Of a stretch of 64,000 nt of DNA, positions 28,548 to 36,893 are shown in pieces. Below the pieces are notes generated by a model, which was not told where the DNA came from, ran no database searches, and was given only the letters and a program-made list of their open reading frames with translations. Source of the stretch: Candidatus Caldarchaeales archaeon (GTDB lineage Archaea > Thermoproteota > Nitrososphaeria_A > Caldarchaeales > Calditenuaceae). Where the stretch lies: contig JBCNVM010000002.1 in NCBI GenBank assembly GCA_039630085.1, forward strand, positions 64,001 through 128,000, written 5' to 3'. The position numbers and the translations under genes are program-made. Numbering within the stretch: position 1 is the first letter of the stretch; each line of letters begins with the position of its first letter.

Positions 28548-29080
28548 CCACCTGCTACGTTGACCGGAGAGACCTCGGAGCACGTGTAGTAGACGACCTC
28601 GCCCCGCCTGTCGACGATCGCGAGCAGGAGCTGCTTCCCCACGTTCTTCGAGTGCCAGACCAGCTCCATCAGGTCCGAGACCTTCACGGGGAAGCCCTCG
28701 AAGATCGGGAAGACGAAGTACTTCGCGCTGTCGGTCTTCCCCCTCTCGTAGACCATGAGGTAGAGGCCCGGGGACGGCCCGTGCCTGACGTGGTACCTCC
28801 TCCTTTTCAGGTCCCGGTAGACGACGAAGTTGATCCAGAAGCCCCTCGTCGAGCCCGAGAACCGCCTCACCAGCGAGGTGAAGTCGAGGGCGTCGCCCGC
28901 CTCGTCGACGACGATCAGCTCCCCCTCCTCGGCCAGATAGGCGGCCTCGTAGGGAGTCAGCTCGAGCGTCCCGGGCTCGACGAGCTCGCCGTATCCCCAG
29001 CTGTACAGCCTGTTGGCGGCCGCGCCCCTCACGACGACCCTCTCGTCGCCGACCATTCTGCCCTCCGCGACCTCCTCCAT
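28544..29080 (-). CDS. endA: tRNA-splicing endonuclease subunit, probably structural (non-catalytic)
   Basis: EAAYL, VVYRDL, VYERG, AIVDRRGEVVYY; catalytic Tyr (KYG) and His positions read SPG and DSA. Confidence 0.85.
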   Translation of the reverse strand: MEEVAEGRMVGDERVVVRGAAANRLYSWGYGELVEPGTLELTPYEAAYLAEEGELIVVDEAGDALDFTSLVRRFSGSTRGFWINFVVYRDLKRRRYHVRHGPSPGLYLMVYERGKTDSAKYFVFPIFEGFPVKVSDLMELVWHSKNVGKQLLLAIVDRRGEVVYYTCSEVSPVNVAGG

Positions 29081-29188
29081 CCCCGCCCCGACCGGGTCCG
29101 ACGCTTATTAGCGATGAGCGTCTCCCGGAATTCGTCCGCCGCCCTTCCCCCGGAAGCCAAATATCCGGGCGCCCCCGTGTAACCGAAG

Positions 29189-29962
29189 GTGCCGAAGCCG
29201 AACAGGATCGCGCCGGCCCTCTTGGCTGCTGCGCTACTCCTGCTCCTGATGAACAGCCCTCCGCTCGGCAGCGGCTCTAAGCAGCTCGTCGAGGTCATCT
29301 ACTTCGCGGAATTCGGGTCTGGCCAGCCCCTGCTCCACGAGGTCGAGGTGGTCGTCCTCCATTCGGTCGACTGGGGCTCTCCCAGGAGGGCGAGGGCCGG
29401 GGAGGCTGTCGTCTTCATCGCCGGCGAGGTCAGGAGGGTCGGCTCCGACGGGGCGGTGAGGCTCAAGGTCCCCAGGGGCAACCACACGCTATCGGTCTAC
29501 TGGGCCGACGGAAGGCTCGCGCCCCTGAGGACGAAGGTCTCAGTCGACAGCGACCTCTCGGTCACGGTGACATTCACCGAGGTCCGCTTGAAGCCGGCCT
29601 CGTTCATCCTCTCGCCCGACGTGACGAAGGGCGTCACTTCCCTAACGGTCGCGTTCGACCTGTTCAGGACCGAGGACGTGTACTTCGCTCCCCCGATCGT
29701 GAGGTACTTCACCTCCACCGGCGAGCTGAGGGTCGTACCGCCTGTCGTCAGGCCCGAATTGGTCTCCGCGCTCCCCTACTCGGTCAGACCGAGCTCGCTG
29801 TTCGTAGGACAGGTGGACGAGGCCGCGCTGGAGGAGGGAGCGGTGCCGTCGCAGGCGTCGATCAGCGTCGAGCTACCGGGAATAGCCGCGACCGTGCTGC
29901 CCGACAGCTACGTCCCCATGCTCGTGATAGACCACTCGGTGCGGGAAGTTGAGCGCGGCTGA
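29189..29962 (+). CDS. Secreted hypothetical protein (beta-rich, carboxypeptidase-regulatory-like segment)
   Basis: Signal peptide; GSDGAVRLKVPRGNHTLSV. Confidence 0.55.
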   Translation: MPKPNRIAPALLAAALLLLLMNSPPLGSGSKQLVEVIYFAEFGSGQPLLHEVEVVVLHSVDWGSPRRARAGEAVVFIAGEVRRVGSDGAVRLKVPRGNHTLSVYWADGRLAPLRTKVSVDSDLSVTVTFTEVRLKPASFILSPDVTKGVTSLTVAFDLFRTEDVYFAPPIVRYFTSTGELRVVPPVVRPELVSALPYSVRPSSLFVGQVDEAALEEGAVPSQASISVELPGIAATVLPDSYVPMLVIDHSVREVERG

Positions 29963-30440
29963 GCTGTTCTACAGCCCGGCTTTCTGGGTAGCGGTGAACG
30001 CCGCGATCGCCGCGGCCCTTCTCCACGCCGTCAGGCGGTTCAGGAGGAAGAGGGCCGATGGGCCGACGCTCCGGGAGCGGTTCGGGGAGGTGAAGGCGCT
30101 CCTCGGTTCCGGAGGGTCCGGAAGGGAGTACGTCGTGACGGTCTCGAGGGCCCTGCTCAGGGACCTCAGGGCCGAGGGCTTCGTGGTCAGGGGCTCGATG
30201 AGCTTCAGGGAGGCCGTGTCCGCGGTCCTGAAGTCGGCGGGCTCCGAGGACCGGTTTGAGGACGTCGTCAGGTCCTTCGAGGACGCGAGGTACGGTGGGT
30301 CCAATCCCGATGACCGGGAGGTCGAGGACTTCAGGCGCAGGGTAGGGGAGCTCATCGGCCTCCTAGAGGTCTCCCTGTCAGCTCCCGGTGAAGCTCGACG
30401 ATCGCGCGGCGCGGATCAGGGCCGAGCGGCCCCCCGATGA
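29949..30440 (+). CDS. Membrane-anchored hypothetical protein (DUF4129-like)
   Basis: N-terminal TM; SMSFRE...FEDARYGG. Confidence 0.55.
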   Translation: MSAAELFYSPAFWVAVNAAIAAALLHAVRRFRRKRADGPTLRERFGEVKALLGSGGSGREYVVTVSRALLRDLRAEGFVVRGSMSFREAVSAVLKSAGSEDRFEDVVRSFEDARYGGSNPDDREVEDFRRRVGELIGLLEVSLSAPGEARRSRGADQGRAAPR

Positions 30441-31317
30441 CCAAGCCGTCGATTTCCTTGAGCGGCAACCCTTCGATCGCCCTCGAGACGTCCTCCGCGG
30501 TCCCCGCGAGGGCCACGGACGAAGCCACATCGTCCGGAAGCTCCTCCCTCACCTCCTGCCACCTGCCTGCCCTCACGAGGTCCCTGACGCGGTCGAGCAG
30601 CCCCTCGTCGACGCCCAACCTCGCCGCGTACTCGGCCGGAGAGCCCGCGAGCACCACCGCGACGTACGGCTTGACCGCCCTGAGGGCCTTCGCGCGGTCC
30701 TCGCAAACGGAGACCATCAGCCCAACCTCGACCGCGACCGTCCTTCCGGCCCTCTCGGCGGAGGACCTCACGAGCCTCGCCGACTCCTCGATGAAGGGGA
30801 GGTTCGTCGGGTTGATGAGCGCGCCGTCCCCCTCCTCCCCCGCCAGCTCGAGCATCTTCGGGCCCTGGGCCGCGACGTAGATCCTGACCTCCGAGGCCGG
30901 CCTGAAGTCGAGCCTCACCCCGCCAGCGAGCCCCTCGCCTCCCAAGAGTGCCCTCACGGACCTCACGCAGGCCCTCACCCTCTCGACCGGGTTCTCCCTC
31001 CGGACGCCGAGAGCCTCGAGGGTCGTCGCGTCCCCGGCTCCGATCCCCAGCATCACCCTTTCCGGCCCGACCTCCGTGAGCGTCGCCGCGACCTGCGCGA
31101 TCAACGCCGGGTGGTAGGCGTACGGGTTCAGGACGCCTAATCCGACCTCGGCCCTCCTCAGCCTCGAGAGGAGGTAAGCGGCCGTGACAACCGAGGACCT
31201 GTTGAAGAAGTGCTCGGAGAGCCAGACCGCGTCGAACCCGAGCCTCTCGGCCAACCCCGCTAGGACCCCGATCTCCCAAGTCGGCGACCTCGGCGCGAGC
31301 TCGACTGAGACCCTCAT
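30352..31317 (-). CDS. Mer-like F420-dependent LLM oxidoreductase
   Basis: AERLGFDAVWLSEH, GVLNPYAYHP, LGIGAGD, AAQGPKMLELAG, GPLGPD. Confidence 0.85.
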   Translation of the reverse strand: MRVSVELAPRSPTWEIGVLAGLAERLGFDAVWLSEHFFNRSSVVTAAYLLSRLRRAEVGLGVLNPYAYHPALIAQVAATLTEVGPERVMLGIGAGDATTLEALGVRRENPVERVRACVRSVRALLGGEGLAGGVRLDFRPASEVRIYVAAQGPKMLELAGEEGDGALINPTNLPFIEESARLVRSSAERAGRTVAVEVGLMVSVCEDRAKALRAVKPYVAVVLAGSPAEYAARLGVDEGLLDRVRDLVRAGRWQEVREELPDDVASSVALAGTAEDVSRAIEGLPLKEIDGLVIGGPLGPDPRRAIVELHRELTGRPLGGR

Positions 31318-31470
31318 GCCCTCGCGGCTTGCCCCGGTGCCCCGTCTCTTCGGGATCGTAAAGACCTTCGGCCGACGAACCCCTCAGCGGTCCGCGGAGG
31401 CCGAGGCCCTTGACCAGAACCCGACTCATCCTCCGGCCCTCCTTTTTAGTGAGGGCGGAGGCCGCAGGCC

Positions 31471-32169
31471 GTGCTGGGCTACGTAAGTCCCAAGGCTACC
31501 GTGAAGGGCGTCGTGATCGAGGGCGCGGTCGTGCTCGGGCCCTCGAGGATCGGCGAGGGATCGATCGTCGACTCGATGACGACCGTAGGCTATCCCATGA
31601 GGTCGAAGCTCCTAGGACTGAAGGAATCCGGGATCGGGTCGCTCGACGAGGTCAGCTCCGGGAGCGAGCTCGGCAGGAGGTGCGTCGTGAGGAGGGGATG
31701 CGTCGTCTACGAAGGCGCTGTCTTGGGGGACGAGGTCGAGCTCGGCCACAACGTCCTGATCAGGTCCGGGAGCGTGGTTGGGAGGGGGACTAGGATAGGC
31801 ACCGGGACGCAGCTGGACGGCGAGGTCACTGTGGGAGAGGGGTGCTCGATCCAGTCGATGTGCTACCTCCCCCACCTGACCAAGGTCGGTTCCGGGGTCT
31901 TCATGGGCCCGAACGTCGTCGTGATGAACGACCGATATCCGCCCAGCGACCGGCTCGAGGGCGCCGAGATCATGGACGGGGCAGTGATAGGCGCAGGTGC
32001 CCTGATAGTGGCGGGAGTCAGAATCGGGAGGGGAGCGGTGGTGGGCGCGGGATCGGTGGTGACGAAGGACGTCCCCGACGGGTCAGTCGTGCTGGGCGTC
32101 CCCGCGAGGTTCGCCTACACGCGTGATGCCTACGAGGCGAGGAGGAGGGCCTCGGTCAGTCGAACCTGA
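31471..32169 (+). CDS. Hexapeptide-repeat acyltransferase
   Basis: Left-handed beta-helix repeats, FMGPNVV.MND.YP, GAGSVVTKDVP, GVPAR. Confidence 0.9.
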   Translation: MLGYVSPKATVKGVVIEGAVVLGPSRIGEGSIVDSMTTVGYPMRSKLLGLKESGIGSLDEVSSGSELGRRCVVRRGCVVYEGAVLGDEVELGHNVLIRSGSVVGRGTRIGTGTQLDGEVTVGEGCSIQSMCYLPHLTKVGSGVFMGPNVVVMNDRYPPSDRLEGAEIMDGAVIGAGALIVAGVRIGRGAVVGAGSVVTKDVPDGSVVLGVPARFAYTRDAYEARRRASVSRT

Positions 32170-32830
32170 TCCCGATGACCGTGCAGGGCGCCCCGTCGAC
32201 CCTCTCGACCCTGAGCGGCGCGACCACAACGAGGTCGTAGCTCTCCGGCTTCCCGGCGAGGTCCATGTCCTCTACGATCAGGAACCTCCTCGAGACCAGC
32301 AGCCTCCTGTGGGCCTCCCTCCCCATCTCCCTCCTTAGCGGCGAGCTGATGCTGATCGCGTCGATCCCGAAGGCCCTCACGTTACCGAAGCCGGCGATGT
32401 AGGAGGCGGCCTCGGGGTGGAGCGACACACCTTCGCCCGAGTACCTTGAAGGTTCGGACCTCCTGTAGACCTGCAGGCCGGTCCTGACCATCAGCATCCC
32501 GCACTCCCCGATCAGCCGCTCGTGGGGCCTCAGGTCCTCGACCCCGATCACGCCTCCCGGCTCCTTCGGGACGTCCAAGACCAGGCCGCGCCCGATAACG
32601 AGGTCCTCCGCCAGCAGGTCCTCCACCTTGGGTCCCGAGTCGTCGAAGTGGTTCGGCGCGTCGACGTGCGTCCCGACGTGGTTCCCCGAGCTCATCCTCC
32701 AGGAGTTCGAGGTGTCTCCGCGGGCTATGCTCCTCACCTGCTCGAGCCTCAGCGGCGGCGTCCCGGGGTAGACCGGGTCCTCCTCCCTCAGGACGTGCGA
32801 GAGCAGGTAGACCCGCATCGGGCTCATCAT
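32156..32830 (-). CDS. Cyclase family metal-dependent hydrolase (KynB-like)
   Basis: HVGTHVDAPNH, GIDAISI, DGAP. Confidence 0.9.
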   Translation of the reverse strand: MMSPMRVYLLSHVLREEDPVYPGTPPLRLEQVRSIARGDTSNSWRMSSGNHVGTHVDAPNHFDDSGPKVEDLLAEDLVIGRGLVLDVPKEPGGVIGVEDLRPHERLIGECGMLMVRTGLQVYRRSEPSRYSGEGVSLHPEAASYIAGFGNVRAFGIDAISISSPLRREMGREAHRRLLVSRRFLIVEDMDLAGKPESYDLVVVAPLRVERVDGAPCTVIGIRFD

Positions 32831-32888
32831 GACGCCCTCGGTAAAAACGGTCTCCGGGTCGTCAGCGTCCGCATCGCCACCGGCGAAG

Positions 32889-32896
32889 GTATTTAG
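32889..32896 (+). promoter_or_regulatory. TATA-like box of tRNA-Pro
   Basis: GTATTTAG about 25 nt upstream of the tRNA 5' end. Confidence 0.5.
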
Positions 32897-32918
32897 CGAG
32901 TCCGGAGCAGGTCGACGA

Positions 32919-33014
32919 GGGGCCGTAGTCCAGCATGGAGTGGACGCCCGGCTAGCATGGAGTGATGCCCGGACTGGGCCCGGGAGGTCGCCGGTTCAAA
33001 TCCGGCCGGCCCCA
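32919..33014 (+). tRNA. tRNA-Pro(UGG) with 21-nt intron at non-canonical position 33/34 (32954-32974)
   Basis: Acceptor GGGGCCG/CGGCCCC-A, D stem GTCC/GGAC, anticodon stem CCCGG/CCGGG, spliced loop CT-TGG-GC, T arm GCCGG TTCAAAT CCGGC; BHB with CCGG/CCGG helix and CT^A, AC^T bulges. Confidence 0.9.
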
Positions 33015-33061
33015 CGCGGGAACACGAGAGCCTCGGCGATGATCCAGCCGGTCGGCGGAGC

Positions 33062-33406
33062 TCAGAGCCTGACCCTGATCCCCTTCGTCACCGCCTCCCG
33101 GACCACCGCCTTCCTCTCCCTGAACGCCTCGACCTGCGCCGGCGTGTATGGGAAGGCCTCGATGGTGAAAGACCCGTCCCAGAGGCCGCTGACCAGCATC
33201 GCGTTCTCCACGAAGCTCCGCTTCCCGAACTCCTCCGAGACGACAAGCATGTCGAGGTCGCTGTCGACCAGCGGAGTGCCGTAGACCCTCGAGCCGAAGA
33301 GGTAGACCTCGGTGACGTTCAGCTCCCGCTTCAGCCTCCTGAGGAACCTGGCGAGCTCGGCACTCTGCCTCCTCGAGAGCCTGACGCGCTCAAGGGCCTC
33401 AGTCAG
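33062..33406 (-). CDS. Minimal nucleotidyltransferase (MNT antitoxin-like)
   Basis: VYLFGSRVYG...SDLDMLVVS, YTPAQ; start uncertain (CTG overlapping HEPN stop). Confidence 0.85.
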   Translation of the reverse strand: MTEALERVRLSRRQSAELARFLRRLKRELNVTEVYLFGSRVYGTPLVDSDLDMLVVSEEFGKRSFVENAMLVSGLWDGSFTIEAFPYTPAQVEAFRERKAVVREAVTKGIRVRL

Positions 33407-33771
33407 GGAAGCCCCGCCCTCGACCTGACCCATCCTATCACCCTCTCCGCCGCCTGCAGGCACCTCAGGACGATCTCCCTGCTGTAGGCCTCGCTCGGAA
33501 CCGTGTTCGCGGCGTTCGGGTACCTGGCGATCGTGTAGTGAGGGTTGAGCGCCTTCAGGTCGTCCATCAGCTCGTCGGCCTCCAGCGCCCTCCCGAGCTT
33601 GACGAGGTCGTGCCCCCTCGGAGGCAGCCTCGACTTCGCGACGACATAGAGGGCCTTCAGCGCCTTCCCGGCAGCCTAGTGGGCGAGGAAGGCCGAGACG
33701 CTGTACTCCTCGATCTCGTAGTTCCTCCTCGCCTGCCTGAGGTTGTGGAGGGCCTCGCGCCACCAGTCCAT
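33403..33771 (-). pseudogene. HEPN domain protein with in-frame TAG
   Basis: MDWWREALHNL...AFLAH*AAGKALKA...GHDL...ARYPN; TAG at 33678-33676 where CAG (Gln) is expected. Confidence 0.85.
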
Positions 33772-33948
33772 CGCCTCCTCCCTGACCTCGCCCGCCGGCA
33801 AGCCTCTCCCCGTCAGCCGAGCGCCCCCGGATAGATAACGTTGCACCGATCGAACGGATGCGCCTCTCCCGACGTGAGCTCTGGTGCGTTAGGGAGACCG
33901 AGCCGACGGACCAGCAAAGTATAACCTCTGGCCTCCAGAGTGAACGGT

Positions 33949-34431
33949 ATGCAGCTCCACCTAGTTAAGGTCGAGTTCCCGGAGGGAGTCCAGCTGATAC
34001 TCGCCCAGAGCCACTTCATCAAGACCGTCGAGGACGTCCACGAGGCCCTCGTCACCGCCCTCCCGGGGATCAAGTTCGGGATAGCCTTCTGCGAGTCGTC
34101 GGGGAAGAGGCTGGTCAGGCACTCGGGGACCGATGAGGAGCTCGAGAGGCTGGCGGTCGAGAACGCGCTGAGGCTCGGGTGCGGCCACCTCCTCGTGGTC
34201 CTGCTGAGGAACGCCTACCCGATCAACGTCCTCCCGAGGCTGAGGGAGGTCCAGGAGATAGTCGGGTTCTACTGCGCGACCGGGAACCCGGTGCAGGTGG
34301 TCGTGGCCGAGACCGACCAGGGCAGGGGCGTGCTCGGCGTGATAGACGGTCAGACGCCGCTTGGCGTCGAGGGTCCCGAGGAGGTCAGGGAGCGGAAGGA
34401 GTTCCTCAGGAAGATCGGTTACAAGCTTTGA
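33949..34431 (+). CDS. Adenosine-specific kinase family (DUF355)
   Basis: QSHFIKTVED, FGIAFCESSG, CATGNP, GRGVLGVIDG, IGYKL. Confidence 0.9.
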   Translation: MQLHLVKVEFPEGVQLILAQSHFIKTVEDVHEALVTALPGIKFGIAFCESSGKRLVRHSGTDEELERLAVENALRLGCGHLLVVLLRNAYPINVLPRLREVQEIVGFYCATGNPVQVVVAETDQGRGVLGVIDGQTPLGVEGPEEVRERKEFLRKIGYKL

Positions 34432-34437
34432 GCGACG

Positions 34438-34719
34438 CTAGTACCTGATCCTGAAGCCCGCTTCTGAGCCGGTGTACTCCTCCCAGCTCACCTCGACGCG
34501 CTCCACGACCGCGTGCCGAGGTCCCCTTTTGCACCACTCGACCGCCTTCAGGACGGCCTCCTCGGGCCCCTCGAAGACCGCCTCGACCCTGCCGTCGGGG
34601 AGGTTCCTGACCCACCCGCTCAGTCCTAGCTCGTCCGCGACCCTCTTCGCGTTGGCCCTGAAGAAGACGCCCTGGACCCTCCCGGAGACCCAGACGTGGG
34701 CCCTGACCATCTTCGGCAT
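34438..34719 (-). CDS. acyP: Acylphosphatase
   Basis: VSGRVQGVFFR, GWVRNLPDGRVE. Confidence 0.95.
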   Translation of the reverse strand: MPKMVRAHVWVSGRVQGVFFRANAKRVADELGLSGWVRNLPDGRVEAVFEGPEEAVLKAVEWCKRGPRHAVVERVEVSWEEYTGSEAGFRIRY

Positions 34720-34772
34720 CCCGGGTCATTCCCGGACCACGCTTTATCAACCTCATCGACCTCCGCGAGCCG

Positions 34773-35474
34773 GTGGGGCTGGAGTCGGTTGCCTACAGGA
34801 GAGTGGTCTACGACCGGGAGAGGTGGAGGATCCTCTCGGAGAAGCGGGAGAGAGCCGCCTCGATCATGTCGGTCCTCAGGTCGAAGGGGATCGCGGACGC
34901 GTTCGTCTACGGCAGCGTCGCGAGGGGCGACGTGAGGCCGGAGAGCGACGTCGACGTCTTCGTGCCGAGGGTCGTGAACCCCGAGCTTCTGCAGTTGATC
35001 GCGGAGTCGGAGCTCGGGGGCTACGAGAGGAGGACGGTCGTCCAGGCGACGCCCGGCTACGTCGTGAAGGGCTACATCCACCTCGACGAGCTCACGTCGA
35101 TCTCCTTCCCCTTGATAGAGTTGCTCCCTGCGGAGCACGAGTTCTACACGATCGCGGGAAGAATAGAACTGGACGGGCTGATCGTAGGTAAGAGGGTCCC
35201 GGGGATGAACAAGTCCCTGACCGTCGTGGTACCAATCGAGGAGGGGCACTTGGAGTTCCCTGCGGAGTCGGCGCCGGAGATCGCCGCGAAGCTGATCGGG
35301 TGCGACCCGAGGGCCCTCAGGGAGCGGATCAGGGTCCTGAGGAGGAGGCAGGAGCACGGCAGGACCGGAGTCTACCGGGAGCTGGTGCTGGAGGGAGACC
35401 AGACGTTCTCTTGGGCGCTGAAGAGGCTCGTCGAGGAGAACCCGGTCCTGAGGAGGAGGCTGAGGTCCGCGTGA
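34773..35474 (+). CDS. Predicted archaeal nucleotidyltransferase (COG2413-like)
   Basis: YGSVARGDV..ESDVD, VQATP, RVPGMNK, GRTGVY. Confidence 0.85.
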   Translation: MGLESVAYRRVVYDRERWRILSEKRERAASIMSVLRSKGIADAFVYGSVARGDVRPESDVDVFVPRVVNPELLQLIAESELGGYERRTVVQATPGYVVKGYIHLDELTSISFPLIELLPAEHEFYTIAGRIELDGLIVGKRVPGMNKSLTVVVPIEEGHLEFPAESAPEIAAKLIGCDPRALRERIRVLRRRQEHGRTGVYRELVLEGDQTFSWALKRLVEENPVLRRRLRSA

Positions 35475-35563
35475 GCGGAGCGCGAGGGCCCTCGTGACCC
35501 GGAACCTAGAGGCCTGAGCCGATCCCGGATACCTCTATCACGGGGCTGTCCGCAAGGGGCGTA

Positions 35564-36841
35564 ATGAACGCGCAGGACTTCGCGGCAGGAGCGCTGGTCC
35601 TCGGGATACTCCTTGGCGGGACCGCCCTCCGGAGCAGGTTCCCGAGGGTCCCCCTCTGGTCGGTGATGATGCTCTGCACCGCCGTGACGCTCGTGACGGA
35701 CCTCGTGCCCGTCGACGAGGCCATGGCGCTCGTGGACCTCGACGTGATCACCCTGCTGATAGGGATGTTCGCGCTGGTCGGGATGGCGGAGAGGTCTGGG
35801 CTGCTGGACTTCCTCGCGTACTACTTCCTCTCGAGGCTCGGGACGACGAGGTCCATAGTCGTGGGCTCCGCGCTCCTCTTCGGCCTAATGTCGGCCTTCT
35901 TCGTCTACGACACCGTCGCCCTGATGGGCCCTCCGATAGCCGTGACAATAGGCAGGGTCCTCGGAGGCAACTACGAGTTCGCCTTTCTCCTCCTCTGCTT
36001 CTCAATAACGATCGGGTCGACGATGACGCCGATCGGTAACCCGCAGAACGTACTGATCGCGATCCAGTCTGGGATGAGGGCTCCCTTCGTAGAGTTCATG
36101 ATCCACCTGGCGGTCCCGACGCTCCTCTCGCTGGTTATCGCGGCGCTTCTGATGGCGCGGCTTTACAGGTTGCCCAACGTCGGGTCGCAGGTCGTCGTCT
36201 CGCCCTGGGAGGCGATCAGGTCGAGGAGGGAGTTCGCCCTCGCGCTGGTCGGAGGAGGCGTCACTGTGGCGGTCCTGGTGGTCAACGACGTCAACGCGGC
36301 CCTCGGGCTTCCCCACGTGGCCGCCAGAGGTCTCATACCCTTCACCGCGGCCGCCGCGCTCATAGCGTTCACTGAGGGCCCTAGAGAGGTCCTCGCGAGG
36401 GTGGACTTCGGGACGATCCTCTTCTTCATCGGGATGTTCATCACAGTGGAGGGGATCTGGAGGTCCGGCGTCCTCCAGCCGGTCTTCTCTGCCCTGTTGC
36501 TCGATAACCCCTCGACGCCCCTCGGCCTCGCGTCCCTCGCGGTCCTCTCCTTGGTCATGAGCCAGCTGGTCAGCAACGTGCCCTACACGAAGCTCGCGAT
36601 CCATCAGCTCAGGGAGCTCGGGGTGACTGGGGCCGAGACAGACGTCTGGGTGACCCTCGCGGCCGCCGCGACGCTCGCTGGCAACCTCACGATACTCGGC
36701 GCGGCGTCGAACGTGATCGTCCTAGAGGTCCTCGAGAGCAGGTACGGGACCACGATATCCTACGGGAGGTTCGCGAAGGTCGGCGGCCTCGTCACCGCGG
36801 TCACGGTCCCCCTCTTCCTCCTCTACCTGGTCCTCCTCTGA
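35564..36841 (+). CDS. ArsB/NhaD/SLC13-family anion permease
   Basis: GSTMTPIGNPQN, SQLVSNVP, AGNLTILGAASN; many TMs. Confidence 0.9.
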   Translation: MNAQDFAAGALVLGILLGGTALRSRFPRVPLWSVMMLCTAVTLVTDLVPVDEAMALVDLDVITLLIGMFALVGMAERSGLLDFLAYYFLSRLGTTRSIVVGSALLFGLMSAFFVYDTVALMGPPIAVTIGRVLGGNYEFAFLLLCFSITIGSTMTPIGNPQNVLIAIQSGMRAPFVEFMIHLAVPTLLSLVIAALLMARLYRLPNVGSQVVVSPWEAIRSRREFALALVGGGVTVAVLVVNDVNAALGLPHVAARGLIPFTAAAALIAFTEGPREVLARVDFGTILFFIGMFITVEGIWRSGVLQPVFSALLLDNPSTPLGLASLAVLSLVMSQLVSNVPYTKLAIHQLRELGVTGAETDVWVTLAAAATLAGNLTILGAASNVIVLEVLESRYGTTISYGRFAKVGGLVTAVTVPLFLLYLVLL

Positions 36842-36893
36842 GGGCGCCGGAATCGGTTAATCACGGGCGGCGGCGGGTCTGCACGGGGAGGTC

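Noticed and set aside
30352-31317. Mer-like gene as evidence of methanogenesis
   Set aside because: F420-dependent LLM paralogs are widespread; no methanogenesis genes in the window
32952-32979. Reading the tRNA as Ala(AGC) with a 37/38 intron
   Set aside because: A34 anticodons are essentially absent in archaea and no BHB forms there; the 33/34 BHB gives a typical Pro loop
33676-33678. Pyrrolysine readthrough of the HEPN TAG
   Set aside because: No pyl genes seen, TAG is an ordinary stop for many genes here, and the position is a conserved Gln (single C to T change)
33014-33940. Integrated element at the tRNA-Pro 3' end
   Set aside because: No integrase and no repeated tRNA 3' fragment found by eye
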